DNA from: Mustelus asterias
Lineage: Eukaryota
Direction of reading: 5' to 3'
DNA: 42,988 nt
Assembly: GCF_964213995.1 (NCBI RefSeq)
Contig: NW_027590123.1
Coordinates: 2,480,001-2,522,988 of the forward strand
The translations under genes and the position numbers were made by a program. Below, one piece after another: positions 13,410 through 26,989 of the stretch; within the stretch, counting starts at the first letter, position 1, and each line of letters starts with the position of its first letter. The notes beneath the pieces are model-generated. The model saw only the letters and a list, made by a program, of their open reading frames with translations, had not been told where the DNA came from and did no database searches.

Positions 13410-14374
13410 TACCCTGGTTCCCTCCCCCCTCCCTCCATCCCCCCCCCCCCGCCCCCCCCCCCTCACTATTCTATGACTTACAGCCTCAGAAAACGCAAGT
13501 AGGTTTGTTAAGAATGACATATCTTCCTTAAGCCCATGCTGGCTTCATCAAATTCCGTTAATGCTTTCCAAATATTTTGCTATCATGTCTTTGATAACAG
13601 TCTCTAACATCTTCGCTTATGCTAAAGTCAGGCTGTAATTCAACATTTTTACTCTCCCTTCCTTTGTACATATTGGGATTTCATTTGTCACCCTCCAATC
13701 TATAGGAACTGATCCAGAGTGTATAGAATTTTAGAGGATGACACCAATGCACCCAATATTTTCAGGGCCATTTTCATTCATACTCTGGGATGTAGATTCT
13801 CAGGCCTTAGTGATTTATCAGCATTTCACCCCATTAATTTCCCCAGCATAATTTTGCTACTAACACTGGTGTTCTTCAATGCCAACTAGCTCTTGGTTCC
13901 CTAACATTTCTGGGAGGATATTTGTGTCCCCTTTTGTGAAGATGGAGTCAAACTTTGTGTTCTATTCATCCAACATTTCTTTGTTCCCCATTATAATTTC
14001 CCTGGATTGTGACTGGAAGCTACCTAATTTGTCTTAAATAATCTTTGTCTCTTCAGATATTCAGAGAAGCTTGTACAATTAGTTTCTCTGCTTCCTGCCA
14101 TTATACTTTCATTCTCTCTTTCCCCCCTCGCACATTGTGTCTTCTTTTGTTGAATTTTAAAACATTCCAAACCCTCAGGCTTGTTGCTTCTTCTGGCAAT
14201 TTTATATGTCTTACAAGTAAGAAGTAAAATTTCCTCTCCTAAAATACATCAGAGAAGAAGATGAACTTTGCCGAAATATGATTGTTATTAATTAGACAAC
14301 GATGTTTGATTCAGCTTAATCAATTAATTGAATTGAAATTCCCCAGTTGCTGGGGTGGAATTTGAACCCTTGCG

Positions 14375-15603
14375 GTTGATGGAGGAGAACCGGTGGATGC
14401 GGTGTTTTTGGATTTCCAAAAGGCGTTTGATAAGGTGCCCCATAAAAGGCTGCTGAAGAAGATTAGGGCACACGGAGTTGGGGGTAGTGTGTTAAAGTGG
14501 ATCGGGGACTGGCTATCCGACAGGAAGCAAAGAGTCGGAATAAATGGGTGTTTTTCCGGTTGGAGGAAGGTAACTAGTGGCGAGCCGCAGGGATCGGTAC
14601 TTGGGCCGCAACTGTTTACCATTTATATAGATGATCTGGAGGAGGGGACGGAGTGTAGGGTAACGAAGTTTGCAGATGACACAAAGATAAGTGGAAAAGT
14701 GAATCGTGTGGAGGACGGAGAAGATCTGCAGAGAGATTTGGACAGGCTGAGTGAGTGGGCGAGGATATGGCAAATGGAGTATAACGTTGATAAATGCGAG
14801 GTTATACACTTTGGAGGAAATAATAACAAATGGGATTACTATCTCAATGGAAACAAATTAAAACATGCTACCGTGCAAAGGGACGTGGGGGTCCTTGTGC
14901 ATGAGACGCAAAAGCCCAGTCTGCAGGTACAACAGGTGATCAAGAAGGCAAATGGGATGTTGGCCTATATTGCGAGGGGGATAGAATATAAAAGCAGGGA
15001 TGTCTTGATGCACCTGTACAGGGCATTGGTGAGGCCGCAGCTGGAATACTGTGTGCAGTATTGGTCCCCTTATATGAGGAAGGATATATTGGCATTGGAG
15101 GGAGTGCAGAGAAGGTTCACCAGGTTGATACCGGAGATGAGGGGTTTGGATTATGAGGAGAGGCTGAGGAGATTGGGTTTGTACCCGTTGGAGTTTAGAA
15201 GGATGAGGGGGGATCTTATGGAGACTTATAAGATAATGCGGGGGCTGGACAGGGTGGAGGCGGAGAGATTCTTTCCACTTAGCAAGGAAGTTAAAACTAG
15301 AGGACACAGCCTCAAAATAAAGGGGGGGGGGGTCGGTTTAAGACAGAGTTGAGGAGGAACTTCTTCTCCCAGAGGGTGGTGAATCTCTGGAATTCTCTGC
15401 CCACTGAGGTGGTGGAGGCTACCTCGCTGAATATGTTTAAAGCGCGGATGGATGGATTCCTGATCGGTAAGGGAATTAAGGGTTATGGGGATCAGGCGGG
15501 TAAGTGGTACTGATCCACGTCAGATCAGCCATGATCTTATTGAATGGCGGGGCAGGCTCGAGGGGCTAGATGGCCTACTCCTGCTCCTATTTCTTATGTT
15601 CTT
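14375..15603 (+). mobile_element. Young 5'-truncated CR1 LINE (RT + 3' UTR)
   Basis: 319-aa ORF with [26 protein letters not shown]; tail tcttatgttctt. Confidence 0.95.
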
Positions 15604-16254
15604 GCCCGCAGAGCATTACTTCAAGCTTCTGGAATACAAGCTTAATAATAATATTGTATGCTACACCTTGGACTGAAATATCATCACATCCAATAATGGA
15701 ACAACTGAACATTCAGCACTTTGTCACAGGTTGTATCATGAGCTCAGGTATCTGTTGTGGGAATTGAGCACATTAGCATTTGACTCAAAAATGATGTTGA
15801 TTCCACTGGGATAAGACTGTTAACCGATCACAGTTCTGTGTTTTGACATAACATTGAGCTCAGTGTGTCTAAACTCTGAGATCTGTGTCCAATATTTCAC
15901 TGATGCATTTAATTGTCAGAAGCAAGTCTTTTCTTAGCCTTGAATCTTATTCTGACACGATGCCATTGATTAATGAGAATCCATGTGAAAGTTCCATCAA
16001 TTCCTAACATGACATCGGGAAACATGCGAGGCAGAAGGTGGTGTGGAGCTTGACGTTCATCATGCATGAGCTGCACTATCAGAACAGCTGAACGCGGAGT
16101 TTCTTTCCTTTAGAACAGTGCAGTTTATGGGAGATTTAGTACAGAAGTTCAAAGTTATGAATGAGCATGTTTTGCTCATTAGGAAGAAAACGCTATCCAT
16201 TGGCAATAGGGCCAGTATGTAGAAGACCCTGCTTTATTAGTTATTAATTAACTG

Positions 16255-18140
16255 AATCAATCCTCTGATTACATTACACTGGTCCATACTTCTATTTATG
16301 TTGTACCAGACCCAGTCTTTAATGATATGGTAGTGGACCCTGTCTCTCTTTATACTACATTCGGTCGTTTTTCTCGTTATGCTACACTCAGCCATTTCTC
16401 TATTTATGCGACATTAGGTCCTCTCAATTAGTCCTACAGTGGACCACAGATCTGATTATATTACGTCGGATCCCACCTCTTTTTATATTACACAGGATTT
16501 GTCTCTTTACATTACATCAGAGCCTGTCTCTGTTAATCCAACATGCGACCATGAATATGTTGCCTGTCGAGATATTATCAATCATGATATATGTGGGTGT
16601 GCCTGTCCGATACCAATCATTCTTGTTTGAAACAGTCGGTTTATTTTTTGCTAATATTTATAAGTAGCTGTGAGAAACGTCTAATCACTCTGCTATTGTG
16701 TGGGTAATATTTAGCGTGAACGTTATAACATTTTCTCAGTGATAAACTGGCATTGAGGGACAGGTCAATATGAACAATAGTGCAGTGCTCTTTGCAATAT
16801 ATTTAGGAATCTCTGTTATGATGCCTTTTATTCGTTGTAGATTGTGCTGCACTATGTCAATTTGCTGCAGATTTTAGCGATAAAGATTGTTTCGCCTGTC
16901 GTATTTTATTAATAGCATTCAACTGATACACTGGCGGTATGAGACAGAATTTTGTACTCGCGCCAGATGGGCTCCCACAGGCCAATTTTCTAACCAATGG
17001 TTCATTGTTCATCTGTTTCAGAAAGAAATAAAACGAAATGGCCACAGAACAAGTTATGTTTGAATAGAATTTAAATATATATATTTTCTGCAATTTCCAT
17101 TCTTATCTTCAAAATTATTTTTCAGTTTGGGATGTGTTAATCTGCCCAGGCCCGAAGCTCTGTTATTCCCTCCCTAAATCTCCTTATCTCACTTTCCTCG
17201 TCTAAATCAAGGCATAAAACTGTCCCTGTATTGATCGTCCTTTTAGTAATCTGTTCAAATATCTCCTTGCTCAAAAACAAGATACTGCGGATGCATGGGA
17301 TCTGAAAAATGAACTGCCAGAAACACTCAGCAGATCATTCATCATAAATGGAGTGATATTAGTGCACTTGTCCATCTGTCTCTCTCTCTCTCTCTCCTCC
17401 CTCAGTCAACACTGCAGTTCATCCTCCAGGATTCATAGCATTTTATTACTGAATTAGGTTATGATTCCGAGGAACATATTAATGGCCATTTTTGTTCTAT
17501 TGCTTACTATGGTACGACGATGTATCTGCTTAAATTTCACTATATATTGAGTTTAGTTTTATTACACTGCCCCTCCTTCTGTTATTACTGCATTTAACCA
17601 TGTAATTTTTTTTATTGCACAGGAGTTGTCTCAGTCATGTCTGTACGCCACCATATCTCGTTTTATCTTTCTTTCTGCACTATATAACGCAACCTGAAGT
17701 TTAATTTATTAACGGACTGGGCCTTGATCTATTAGGGCTACAATTAACCCTGTCTCAGTTAGTACTGTACTTGACGATGTTCGCTGCAATAACCCATTTG
17801 GTGCAGTCGTATACAGTAATGCACTAGGCCATGCCTCTTTATATACTGCATTTGATTCATTTGAATCATTATTGCAATAGACCTTGTATCTGTTTACATT
17901 ACATTACGTACCGCTTCCTTTATATTACATGAAGACATGCCGTGATATATGCTACAATTAATCATTTCTGAGCTGTTGTTGCTCAGTCAATAGTCCACAT
18001 ATGTTACATTAGGTTCCATCTCAGATATTATTTTTGGTAGGTTGTATGTCATGCACTACTGAGCACACCCGTACCTCACGTTGCATTACATTGGGTCCGA
18101 ATAAAAAAGCAGGCACTGCCTCAGTTACTAATTTTCTATG
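16255..18140 (+). repeat. Patches of degenerate 27-bp minisatellite (~16255-16560, ~17510-18140)
   Basis: Units like ggaccctgtctctctttatactaca and tagaccttgtatctgtttacattaca. Confidence 0.6.
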
Positions 18141-18184
18141 AAATGCGTCTGATGGATGGAAAAAGAGGAAGACCAAGCTAGCTG

Positions 18185-18470
18185 GATGGCGCAGTGGTTA
18201 GCAGCGGTTAGCACTGCTGCCTCACAGTGCTGGGGACTCGAGTTCGATTCCTGGCTTGGTCACTTTCTGTGTGGAGTTTGTACGTTCTCCCTCTGTCTGT
18301 GTCGGTTTCCTTCCACATTCCAAAGCTGTGCTAGTTAGGTGCATTGGGAATGTCAAATTCTCCCTCAGTGTACCCGAACAGCTGCCAGAGTGTGGCGACT
18401 GGGGGATTCTCAGAGCCGCTTCATTGCAGTGCTAATGCAAGCCGACATGTGACTAATAAATTAACTTTAA
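18185..18470 (+). mobile_element. V-SINE (alternative tail)
   Basis: A box tggcgcagtgg, B box gagttcgattcc, family body and tail. Confidence 0.85.
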
Positions 18471-20434
18471 ATAAATAGATACTAACTTAAGAAATGAAAC
18501 GTATTCGTGTGGATGAAAGCGGTTGGAAGTATGCATTTCATCTTGTTAATAAATATTCGGTGTTGCACATCATATCTAGTTGCTCACGTATTGTGTGCAA
18601 TAATTTGTTGAAAGCATGGGATGAATCTTGTAACATCCTCTTGTTCAAAAGAAATTGAGGAATACAGTAAACGTATGCCACGTTGGACTGCAAATGGATT
18701 CTCAGGGACAATTCAGCATGACCACTCCTCCTAACCTGCACATCTTTGGACTGCAGGAGGAAAGCGGTAAACCTGGCGGAAACCCACCCACACAATTTGC
18801 AAAAACCAGACAGACAGTTACACAAGCCCGAAGTGGACCCTATGCCCATAACAATGTGATGTACCAGTCATAAATCCTATGTAAATAATTGCAATTAGTT
18901 TTAAGAATTTTATGGTAATTTGTTCAGTATTTACTTGCACATTCTTTGCCTCAGTCAATGCCTAAAGTTAATGAACTGCTCTGGACGCTCTTGAATGTGA
19001 TATACAGCTGGCCATTCCACTGCCAAGGCATTGCATCTTTCAAATGACTCACTGAACTTCTCTCCTATCTTTCTCTGTCTCAGACAAGACCTAAATCGGA
19101 AAACCTCTCTTCTCTCTCTCAATCTCCTTTAGCTCACTTACACAGGTACCCATGAGCCGGATCTGGCTACTCGTTCAAAAATGTTTAACTTTCATGCTTA
19201 AGGCAACTTGTGACTGAAAAGATGAAACAGAACAATCTCAACAGAGGAAAATTCAGTGCCGGAAACAGACCAGTTCATTCTTTTATACGCTCTCCTCGAT
19301 TTCACTCACACAACACCTAACACACTTAAACTTTCTATTTTAGAACACCTGTGCGGGGAAAAATGTTGCTTTAATTTTCCATCTTTTCTCTCAGCGATAA
19401 TTTTCAATCCATCTTCCTTTCAATTAACCTACCTAAACCCCAAATATGATCATTTTCTTGATTCATTAACATGGCAATCGAAGTGAATGTAATGCTGCGA
19501 CCGGCAGCAATTCTGTGACTGTTCTTGAAGCTTTCAGAGTGAGTTCACCCTCGCAGGCAGGAAGACTGTTCACGGTGATAACATTAAACTGGCCCCGTTT
19601 GTTTCATTCTCAGGTAATATAACTTCCTGATTCTTGTTGCCAGTTCCAAACCACACATCTCACTTCTGAGCAGAAAATAAATCCAGGGGCCACAATCTGA
19701 CGAGAACATCTGTCAGTGCGGCCTATATCTGTCCACAGAGCCAGGGCAGAGACACACAGATCACATTGTGGTGACATTTACAAATGAGTCTGTTGTGATC
19801 TGTTCAGAGTTTCCATTCCAGGACATAACTGGATGGTCAGTGGATCAGTCACTGAGCTCTCCCAGGTTTCGTGAAGAAAGGAAATGATAGCTGTTATCTT
19901 GCATTGTTCGATCATTTTCTCTCCATCTGCTATTTATTTTTTGTTCTTCAGCTTTTATCTGTCAGCACCCCGTTTTTCTTTCTCCTAACTCTCCCGGTGT
20001 CTCTCTCTCTCTATCTCCTTGCCAGTGTTTTGAACACTTTTATTCGTGTTCAAAATCATGACGTTTTGAGTGGGGTAATTAAAGAGAGGATATTTCAACT
20101 GGGAGGACGGTCAGCAACCAGTGGGCACAGATTTATTTTATTGAGCAGAGAGACAGAAATGTGATTGTTTACTTTTACACAAAAGTTGTTGTGGACTGGA
20201 ATGAACAGCTTCAGAGGGTGATCGAATCAGATTTCACAGTAACTTTGAAAATAAATGAGATATATCCTTCATGGAGTAAAATGTGAAGGATTTTCGAGAA
20301 CAGGTCCATTTTAATGGTTCTTATGCACCATTGTCCTAGCATCGTTTTTGAGTCTCCCCCTGTCCTTCATTGAGACTGAATAAGATGCAATATTTATACA
20401 GCTGTCGTCTTGTGCTAATCTTATCTTTTGGCAA

Positions 20435-20437
<3 letters not shown>

Positions 20438-20472
<35 letters not shown>

Positions 20473-20482
20473 CGTGTGTGTG
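20438..20482. repeat. (TG)n microsatellite
   Basis: Visible TG run. Confidence 0.9.
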
Positions 20483-21919
20483 CGCGGTGGGGGAGGGGGG
20501 GATGGGAGGGTTGGTGGTGGACATTTGCCAGGAACGATGCCGAAATTTAATTATTCAATTCTATTTACAAGCCATCACTTTGAACAAATTAGCATTGGAT
20601 CGAACTTGTTTCGGAAAAGTGCAATAATCCTTAACAGTTATTGCACTATTCGTTTTGCCTCCGATGATATTTTCATACTTCGTCTTTTCAGTCTTCACAT
20701 GTTCCAATTCTGACTGGAAATGTGGAACTGTTTGTAAGAATGAGAAGGAGCATGTTATTTTCTGTTCCTCTAACAGATTCACCATTGTTACCTCAGATGA
20801 CAGAATTTTTTGGAGTCCACCATGATTGATCCACCCCCCCCCCCCCCCCATGGGAATAACAGCTCTTTGTCAGGTGGAGTCAGTCATTCTTGCGGCTGTC
20901 ATCGGTTTCCAATCCGTGTTTGCCACACAAATCACTGCATCACTCGTCATGACAAGGAAACCTGCACAAGGCCCTCGAAAAGATATGCTTCCTTATATCA
21001 GGTCCCAGTCTGACTCCGGGCCCAGCTGTCTCTGTTAGTGAAACACCGGGGCCGGCCATTCAAATTATAATATTCTAATTCTCTATGATTATTTTTCGAA
21101 ACCGTTACCCAATCAGTTGTGAATTGGAACCTATATCTGGTTTTGCTACGTTTGACGCCTGCCAATTATTATTGGACAATTTACTTTTTTCTAGAATGAT
21201 CACACGGAACAAACTGTTTATTTAAATGTTATATCATGTTCTGTCTCTCTTATTCTATATATCTAATGCATTAGCTTACATGACTCTCCCGGCCAGTTTA
21301 TGTTATCATTGCGCCAGCATATCTGTCTATATTAGATTAGATTCTGTCTCTGTTGTTACTGCATAATTTTTAATCATTTATGGGATGTGGGCATCACTGG
21401 CATCTGTTGCCCTTCCCTAATTGCCCTGACAAAGTGATGATGAGCTGCCATCTTGAACAGCTACTGTCCATGTTCACCAGGCAATATCACTGTTTGTATC
21501 ACACAAGGTCTGGCCACCCTCATAATATACCTGATCCTGATTCGTCGTGTTACCGAGATTGTACAACCTTTCCACAGTAGAAAATACTTAGGATGGTTAC
21601 CATGGAATTGGCGAATGTAACGGTTAAACAGATCTCTGGAGAACAGCAGATGTTTCAATCCTTTGCATTAATAGGAATAAGAAGTCTGAGAATTACAGAT
21701 GTAATTATCTCCTGTCGGCTATATATCCACGGTCACTTCCGCCATCATTTTCACAAATCAGCACATAATTGAGTCGAAAATCAGGAACTTTAGTGAGATC
21801 AATTTCCAGTAATCTCCTCGTCATTCGAGATGCGATTTATCCATTTTCCAACAGATTTTTAAAGACAGATAAGTCAATGTTGGCAGCAAAATAGTCAGAT
21901 TGAAACAGCAAGAAACACA

Positions 21920-24400
21920 AAGCTGTGATAGTAGGGGATTTTAATTTTCCACATATAGATTGGGACTCGCATACTGTTAAAGGTTTAGACGGGGTAAAGT
22001 TTGTAAAATGTGTTCAGGAGAATTTTCTACATCAGTATATAGAGGTGCCAACTAGAGAGGATGCGATACTGGATCTCCTATTGGGAAATGAGTTAGGGCA
22101 GGTGATGGATGTGAGTGCGAAGGAACACTTTGGATCCAGTGATCATAATGCCATTAGTTTCAACCTGATCGTGGATAAGGATAGATCTGGTCCTCGGGTT
22201 GAAGTTCTGAACTGGAAAAAGGCCAATTTTGATGAAATGAGAAGGGATCTGGGAAGTGTGGATTGGCACAGGCTGTTCTCTGGTAAGGATGTAAATGGAA
22301 AGTGGGAGGCCTTCAAAGGAGAAATTTTGAGAGTGCAGAGTTTGTATGTTCCTGCCAGGATTAAAGGCAAAGTAAATAGGAATAAGGAACCTTGGGTCTC
22401 GAGGGAGATTGTAACACTGATTAAGAGGAAGAGAGAGTTGTACGAAATGTACAGGCAGCAAGGAACAGATCAGATGCTCGAGGAGTATAAAAAGTGCAAG
22501 AAGCTACTTAAGAGGGAAATCAGGAGGGCTAAAAAAAGACATGAGGGTTGCTTTGGCAGACAGAGTGAAGGCAAATCCATAGAGCTTCTATAGGTATGTT
22601 AGGAGCAAAAGGATAGTGAGGGATGAAATTGGTCCTCTTGAAGACCAGAGTGGTAGACTGTGTATGGAACCAAAAGAGATGGGGGAGATACTAAATGGTT
22701 TTTTTGCATCCGTATTTACTGAGGAAACGGGCATGGAATCTACGGAAATAGGGCAAACTGGTAGGGAGGTCATGGAACCTTTACAGATTAAAGGGGAGGA
22801 GGTTCTCGCTGTCTTGAGGCAAATCGGAGTGGATAAATCCCCAGGACCGGACAGGGTATTCCCACGGACCTTGAGGGAAGCTAGTGTTGAACTTGCAGGG
22901 GCCCTGGCAGACATATTTAAAATGTCAGTATTTACGGGGGAGGTGCCGGATGATTGGAGGGTGGCTCATGTTGTTCTGTTGTTTAAAAAAGGTTCCAAAA
23001 GGAATCCTGGAAATTATAGGCCAGTAAGTTTGACGTCGGTGGTGGGCAAGGTATTGGAAGGTGTGATAAGGGATAGGATCTACAAATATCTGGATAGACA
23101 GGGACTTATTAGGGAGAGTCAACATGGCTTTGTGCGTGGCAGGTCATGTTTGACCAATCTATTAGAGTTTTTCGAGGAGGTTACCAGGAAAGTGGATGAA
23201 GGGAAGGCGGTGGATGTTGTCTCCCTGGATTTCAGCAAGGCTTTTGACAAGGTCCCTCATGGGAGGTTAGTTAGGAAGGTTCAGTCGCTAGGTATACATG
23301 GGGAGGTAGTAAATTGGATTAGACACTGGCTCAATGGAAGAAGCCAGAGAGTGGTTGTGGAGGATTGCTTCTCTGAGTGGAGGCCTGTGACTAGTGGTGT
23401 GCCGCAGGGATCGGTGTTGGGTCCATTGTTGTTTGTCATCTATATCAATGATCTGGATGATAATGTGGTAAATTGGATCAGCAGTTTGCTGATGATACAA
23501 AGATTGGAGGTGTAGTGGACAGTGAGGAAGGTTTTCAAAGCCTGCAGAGGGATTTGGACCAACTAGAAAAATGGGCTGAAAAATGGCAAATGGAATTTAA
23601 CGCAGACAAGTGTGAGATATTGCACTTTGGAAGGACAAACCAAAGAATAACGTACAGGGTAAATGGTAGGACTCTGAAGAGTGCATTTGAACAGAGGGAT
23701 CTGGGAATACAGGTACAGAATTCCCTAAAAGTGACGTCACAGGTGGATAGGGTCGTAAAGAGTGCCTTTGGTACATTGGCCTTTATAAATCGGAGTATCG
23801 AGTATAAAAGTTGGAGTGTTATGGTAAGGTTATATAAGGCATGGTGAGGCCGAATTTGGAGTATTGTGTACAGTTTTGGTCACCTAGTTACAGGAAGGAT
23901 GTAAATAAGGTTGAAAGAGTGCAAAGAAGGTTCACAAGGATGTTTCCGGGACTTGAGAAGCTGAGTTACAGAGAGAGATTGAATAGGTTTGGACTTTATT
24001 CCCTGGAGCGTAGAAGATTGAGGGGAGATTTGATAGAGGTGTATAAGATTTTGATGGGTATAGATAGAGTGAATGCAAGTAGGCTTTTTCCGCTGAGGCT
24101 CGGGGAGAAAAAAACCAGAGGGCATGGGTTAAGGGTGAAAGGAGAAAAGTTTAAAGGGAATATTAGGTGGGGCTTCTTCACGCAGAGAGTGGTGGGAGTG
24201 TGGAATGAGCTGCCGGATAAAGGGGTAAATGATTTTAACATTTAAGAAAAACTTGGACGTGTTCATGGATGAGAGGGGTGTGGAGGGATATGGTCCAAGT
24301 GCAGGTCAGTGGGACGAGGCAAAAAATGGTTCGGCACAGACAAGAAGGGCCAAAAGGCCTGTTTCTGAGCTGTAATTTTCTATGGTTCTATGGTTCTATG
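21920..24400 (+). mobile_element. 5'-truncated CR1 LINE ORF2 (APE C-terminus + RT, frameshifted), (ttctatgg)n tail
   Basis: [35 protein letters not shown] across consecutive ORFs. Confidence 0.95.
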
Positions 24401-24839
24401 GAAATCGTTTTGTGTGCAAGAGCACACAGCAGAATGGTTGTCAATAAATAGTTGCATATTAAATGTTCTTCAGTTGAAATACAGGACTGTCTGGTGTTTT
24501 CATACACTCATGGAAGGCAGAGATGGACTGAAGGTTATCACTTGGAAAGCTGAAGGGAAATTGCTGAAAGAAATCATTTCTCCAAAGGGGGTAATCGGAA
24601 AAAAGAATATTTAAAAGAAATAAGCACTCGTATGTCTAAGCAAGGTATGATATGATAATTCTTAGACATCGAACTATAGAATCCCTGGAGTTCAGAAAAA
24701 GACCATCTGGCTCTCCGAGTTTGCATCCCACCCAGGCCCTCCCCTCTGCCCTATCCCCGTTAGCCCCACACATTTACCATGGCGAATCCACATACCCTAT
24801 GGACAATAACGGGTAATTTTGCATAGCCAATCCATCTAA

Positions 24840-26520
24840 TACAATCTGTTCTATTATGAACGAAGGACGGGTTTTGTGCAGTAATACAGAGACAGTGTCG
24901 AGTGCATCAATTATTGATACAGCACTTGTACTAATATGAATGCAGACTGGGTCCAGTTCAATGATTACTGAGAGCGGGTACGGAACAAAGAGAAATTACA
25001 GCACAGGCCATCCAAGCCTGCACCGACCATGCTGCCCGACTTAACTAAAACCCCCTACGCTTCCGAAGACCATATCCCTCTATTCCCATCTCATTCATGT
25101 ACTTTCCTAGACGCCCCTTAAAAGTCACTACCGTGTCGGCTTCCATTACCTCCCCCGGCAAGAGTTCCAGGCACCCACCACTCTCTGTGTAAAAAATCTG
25201 CCTCGTACATCTCTTTTAAAATTTGCCCCTCGCACCATGAACCTATGCCCCCCAGTAATTGACTCTTCCACCCTGGGAAAAAGCTTCTGACTATCCACTC
25301 TGTCCATGCCTCTTATAATCTTGTAGACTTCTATCAGGTCTCCCCTCAACCTCCGTCGCTCCAGTGAGAACAAACCAAGTTTCTCCAACCTCTCCTCATA
25401 GCTAATGCCCTCCATACCAGGCAACATCCTGGTAAATCTTTTCTGTACCCTCTCCAGAGCCTCCACATCCTTCTGGTAGTGTGGCGACCAGAATTGACCG
25501 TACATTCCAAGTGCGGCCTCACTAAGATTCTATAAAGCGTCAACATGACTTGCCAATTTTTAAACTCAATACACCGGCCGATGAAGGCAAGCATGCCGTA
25601 TGCCTTCTTGACGACATTCTCCACCTGCATTGACACTTTCAGTGACCTGTGTACCTGTACACCCAGATCCCTTTGCCTATCAATAGTCCTAAGGGTTCTG
25701 CCATTTACTGTAAATTTCCTATCTGTACGAGACCTTCCAAAATGCATTACCTCACATTTGTCCGGAATTTCTATAGCGTAGTACTAACCAGCGTGATGTT
25801 TTCTCAAATAGACAGAAACATGAATTACGCAACTGTAACAAAGTCAAGGTTCATTCCAATGTAAGCAGAGACAATGTGCACTATAATTTAAACTGAGACA
25901 GGTTCTAGTGTAATGTAGTCTCACATGGACGCTATTAGAATATAGGGATATAATCTAGTGTGATATAAAGTGTGGCAATGCAGAGTAAAGCAAAAACTGA
26001 GAGAGGATAATGTGTAAAATGAACAGTGGTATGGTTTGACGCATTAATAAAGGACACAGCAGCTAGCGCAATAAAACTCCACCTGTTCAATCGGTTCAAG
26101 CACTGTTGAATCTGATTCTGGGCATTGTATGATATAAACTGAGACAAAGCTGATGCAATAATTTCAAACTAAGGCTTCAGATTGATAAAAGATTTGACAG
26201 GGACATTAGAGCAATAAACGAGTCATGAAATAGAACAATAATTAGAGACAGGATATTATTCGGTATAAGCAGGGAGGTGGACTGGTGCAGCAGTGATTGA
26301 GGTATCGTCGAGGTTTCTTTACACGTTGCAGATTCCAGCAATGTAATATCAAATGAGGCTTGGTGCGGTATAGTGACAACTGGGATTTTGCTGAGTAGAG
26401 AATCAATTGAGAATTATTGTCACGTAATCAGAAATATGATTTTGTGTCACATAAACTGGGTCTAGTTTAGGATGAATAAAGACTACATCGATTGCAGCAA
26501 TAACTGAGACGTTCTGTTTC
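24840..26520 (-). repeat. Reverse-oriented 27-bp minisatellite field interrupted by a CR1
   Basis: Units like aactgagacaggttctagtgtaat on both sides of 24983-25765. Confidence 0.6.
24983..25765 (-). mobile_element. CR1 LINE 3' fragment
   Basis: MHFGR..RDLGVQVH..VRPHLE / QFWSPHY..FFTQRVV in minus ORFs. Confidence 0.92.
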
Positions 26521-26989
26521 GCGTCGTGCCAAAGAGCACGGTTTCACTGCCATCTCCTGGACGTCCTTTGCTATTGCAGATGTTATGAAATGCTGATTTT
26601 CGTTGCTGTTTCTTATTCTTTCATGGGGTGTATACACAGCTGGCAAGGCCAGCATAATTTGGCAATCGCGAGTACTCTGAATTCATTGGTTTCCTAGATC
26701 ATCACAGAAGTCATGTAAACGCCAAACACGTGTGGGCCTTGAGTCAGCTATGGGCCAAACTGGGAAATGATGGATGGTTTCCTTTTCTGCTGGGCATTAG
26801 AGGATCTGCTATATTACTTGTATTGGCCGCAATTACGGAACGAGGTTTAAATTCAAAATTGCAATTGCATTTTAAAACCCACGTTCTATTGCAGTTAGAT
26901 TTGAACATATACCTTGAGCAAACTGCCTCCCCTCAGAAATCCTCTCCCAGTGATATTACCACTTTGCCACTGACTTCATTTTCCACACT

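Larger units (their letters stand above)
8195..14210 (-). mobile_element. Old CR1 LINE split by four younger insertions
   Basis: Colinear reverse-strand CR1 pieces at ~8195-8550, 8870-8945, 9080-9585, 9860-10065 and 13410-14210. Confidence 0.7.

Noticed and set aside
13421-13462. Long C tracts (also ~878-892 and ~20834-20849) as G-quadruplex elements
   Set aside because: Simple homopolymer expansions, two of them inside TE relics; lengths are unreliable.
15836-15930. CAGTGTG with an upstream T-rich 9-mer as a J-RSS
   Set aside because: Spacing is off by about 2 nt and no FGxG follows.
19700-19790. Possible second V 3' end (SAAYIC... followed by CACATTG/ACAAATGAG)
   Set aside because: Spacer is 11 nt, nonamer is poor, and there is no upstream Cys or WYRQ framework.
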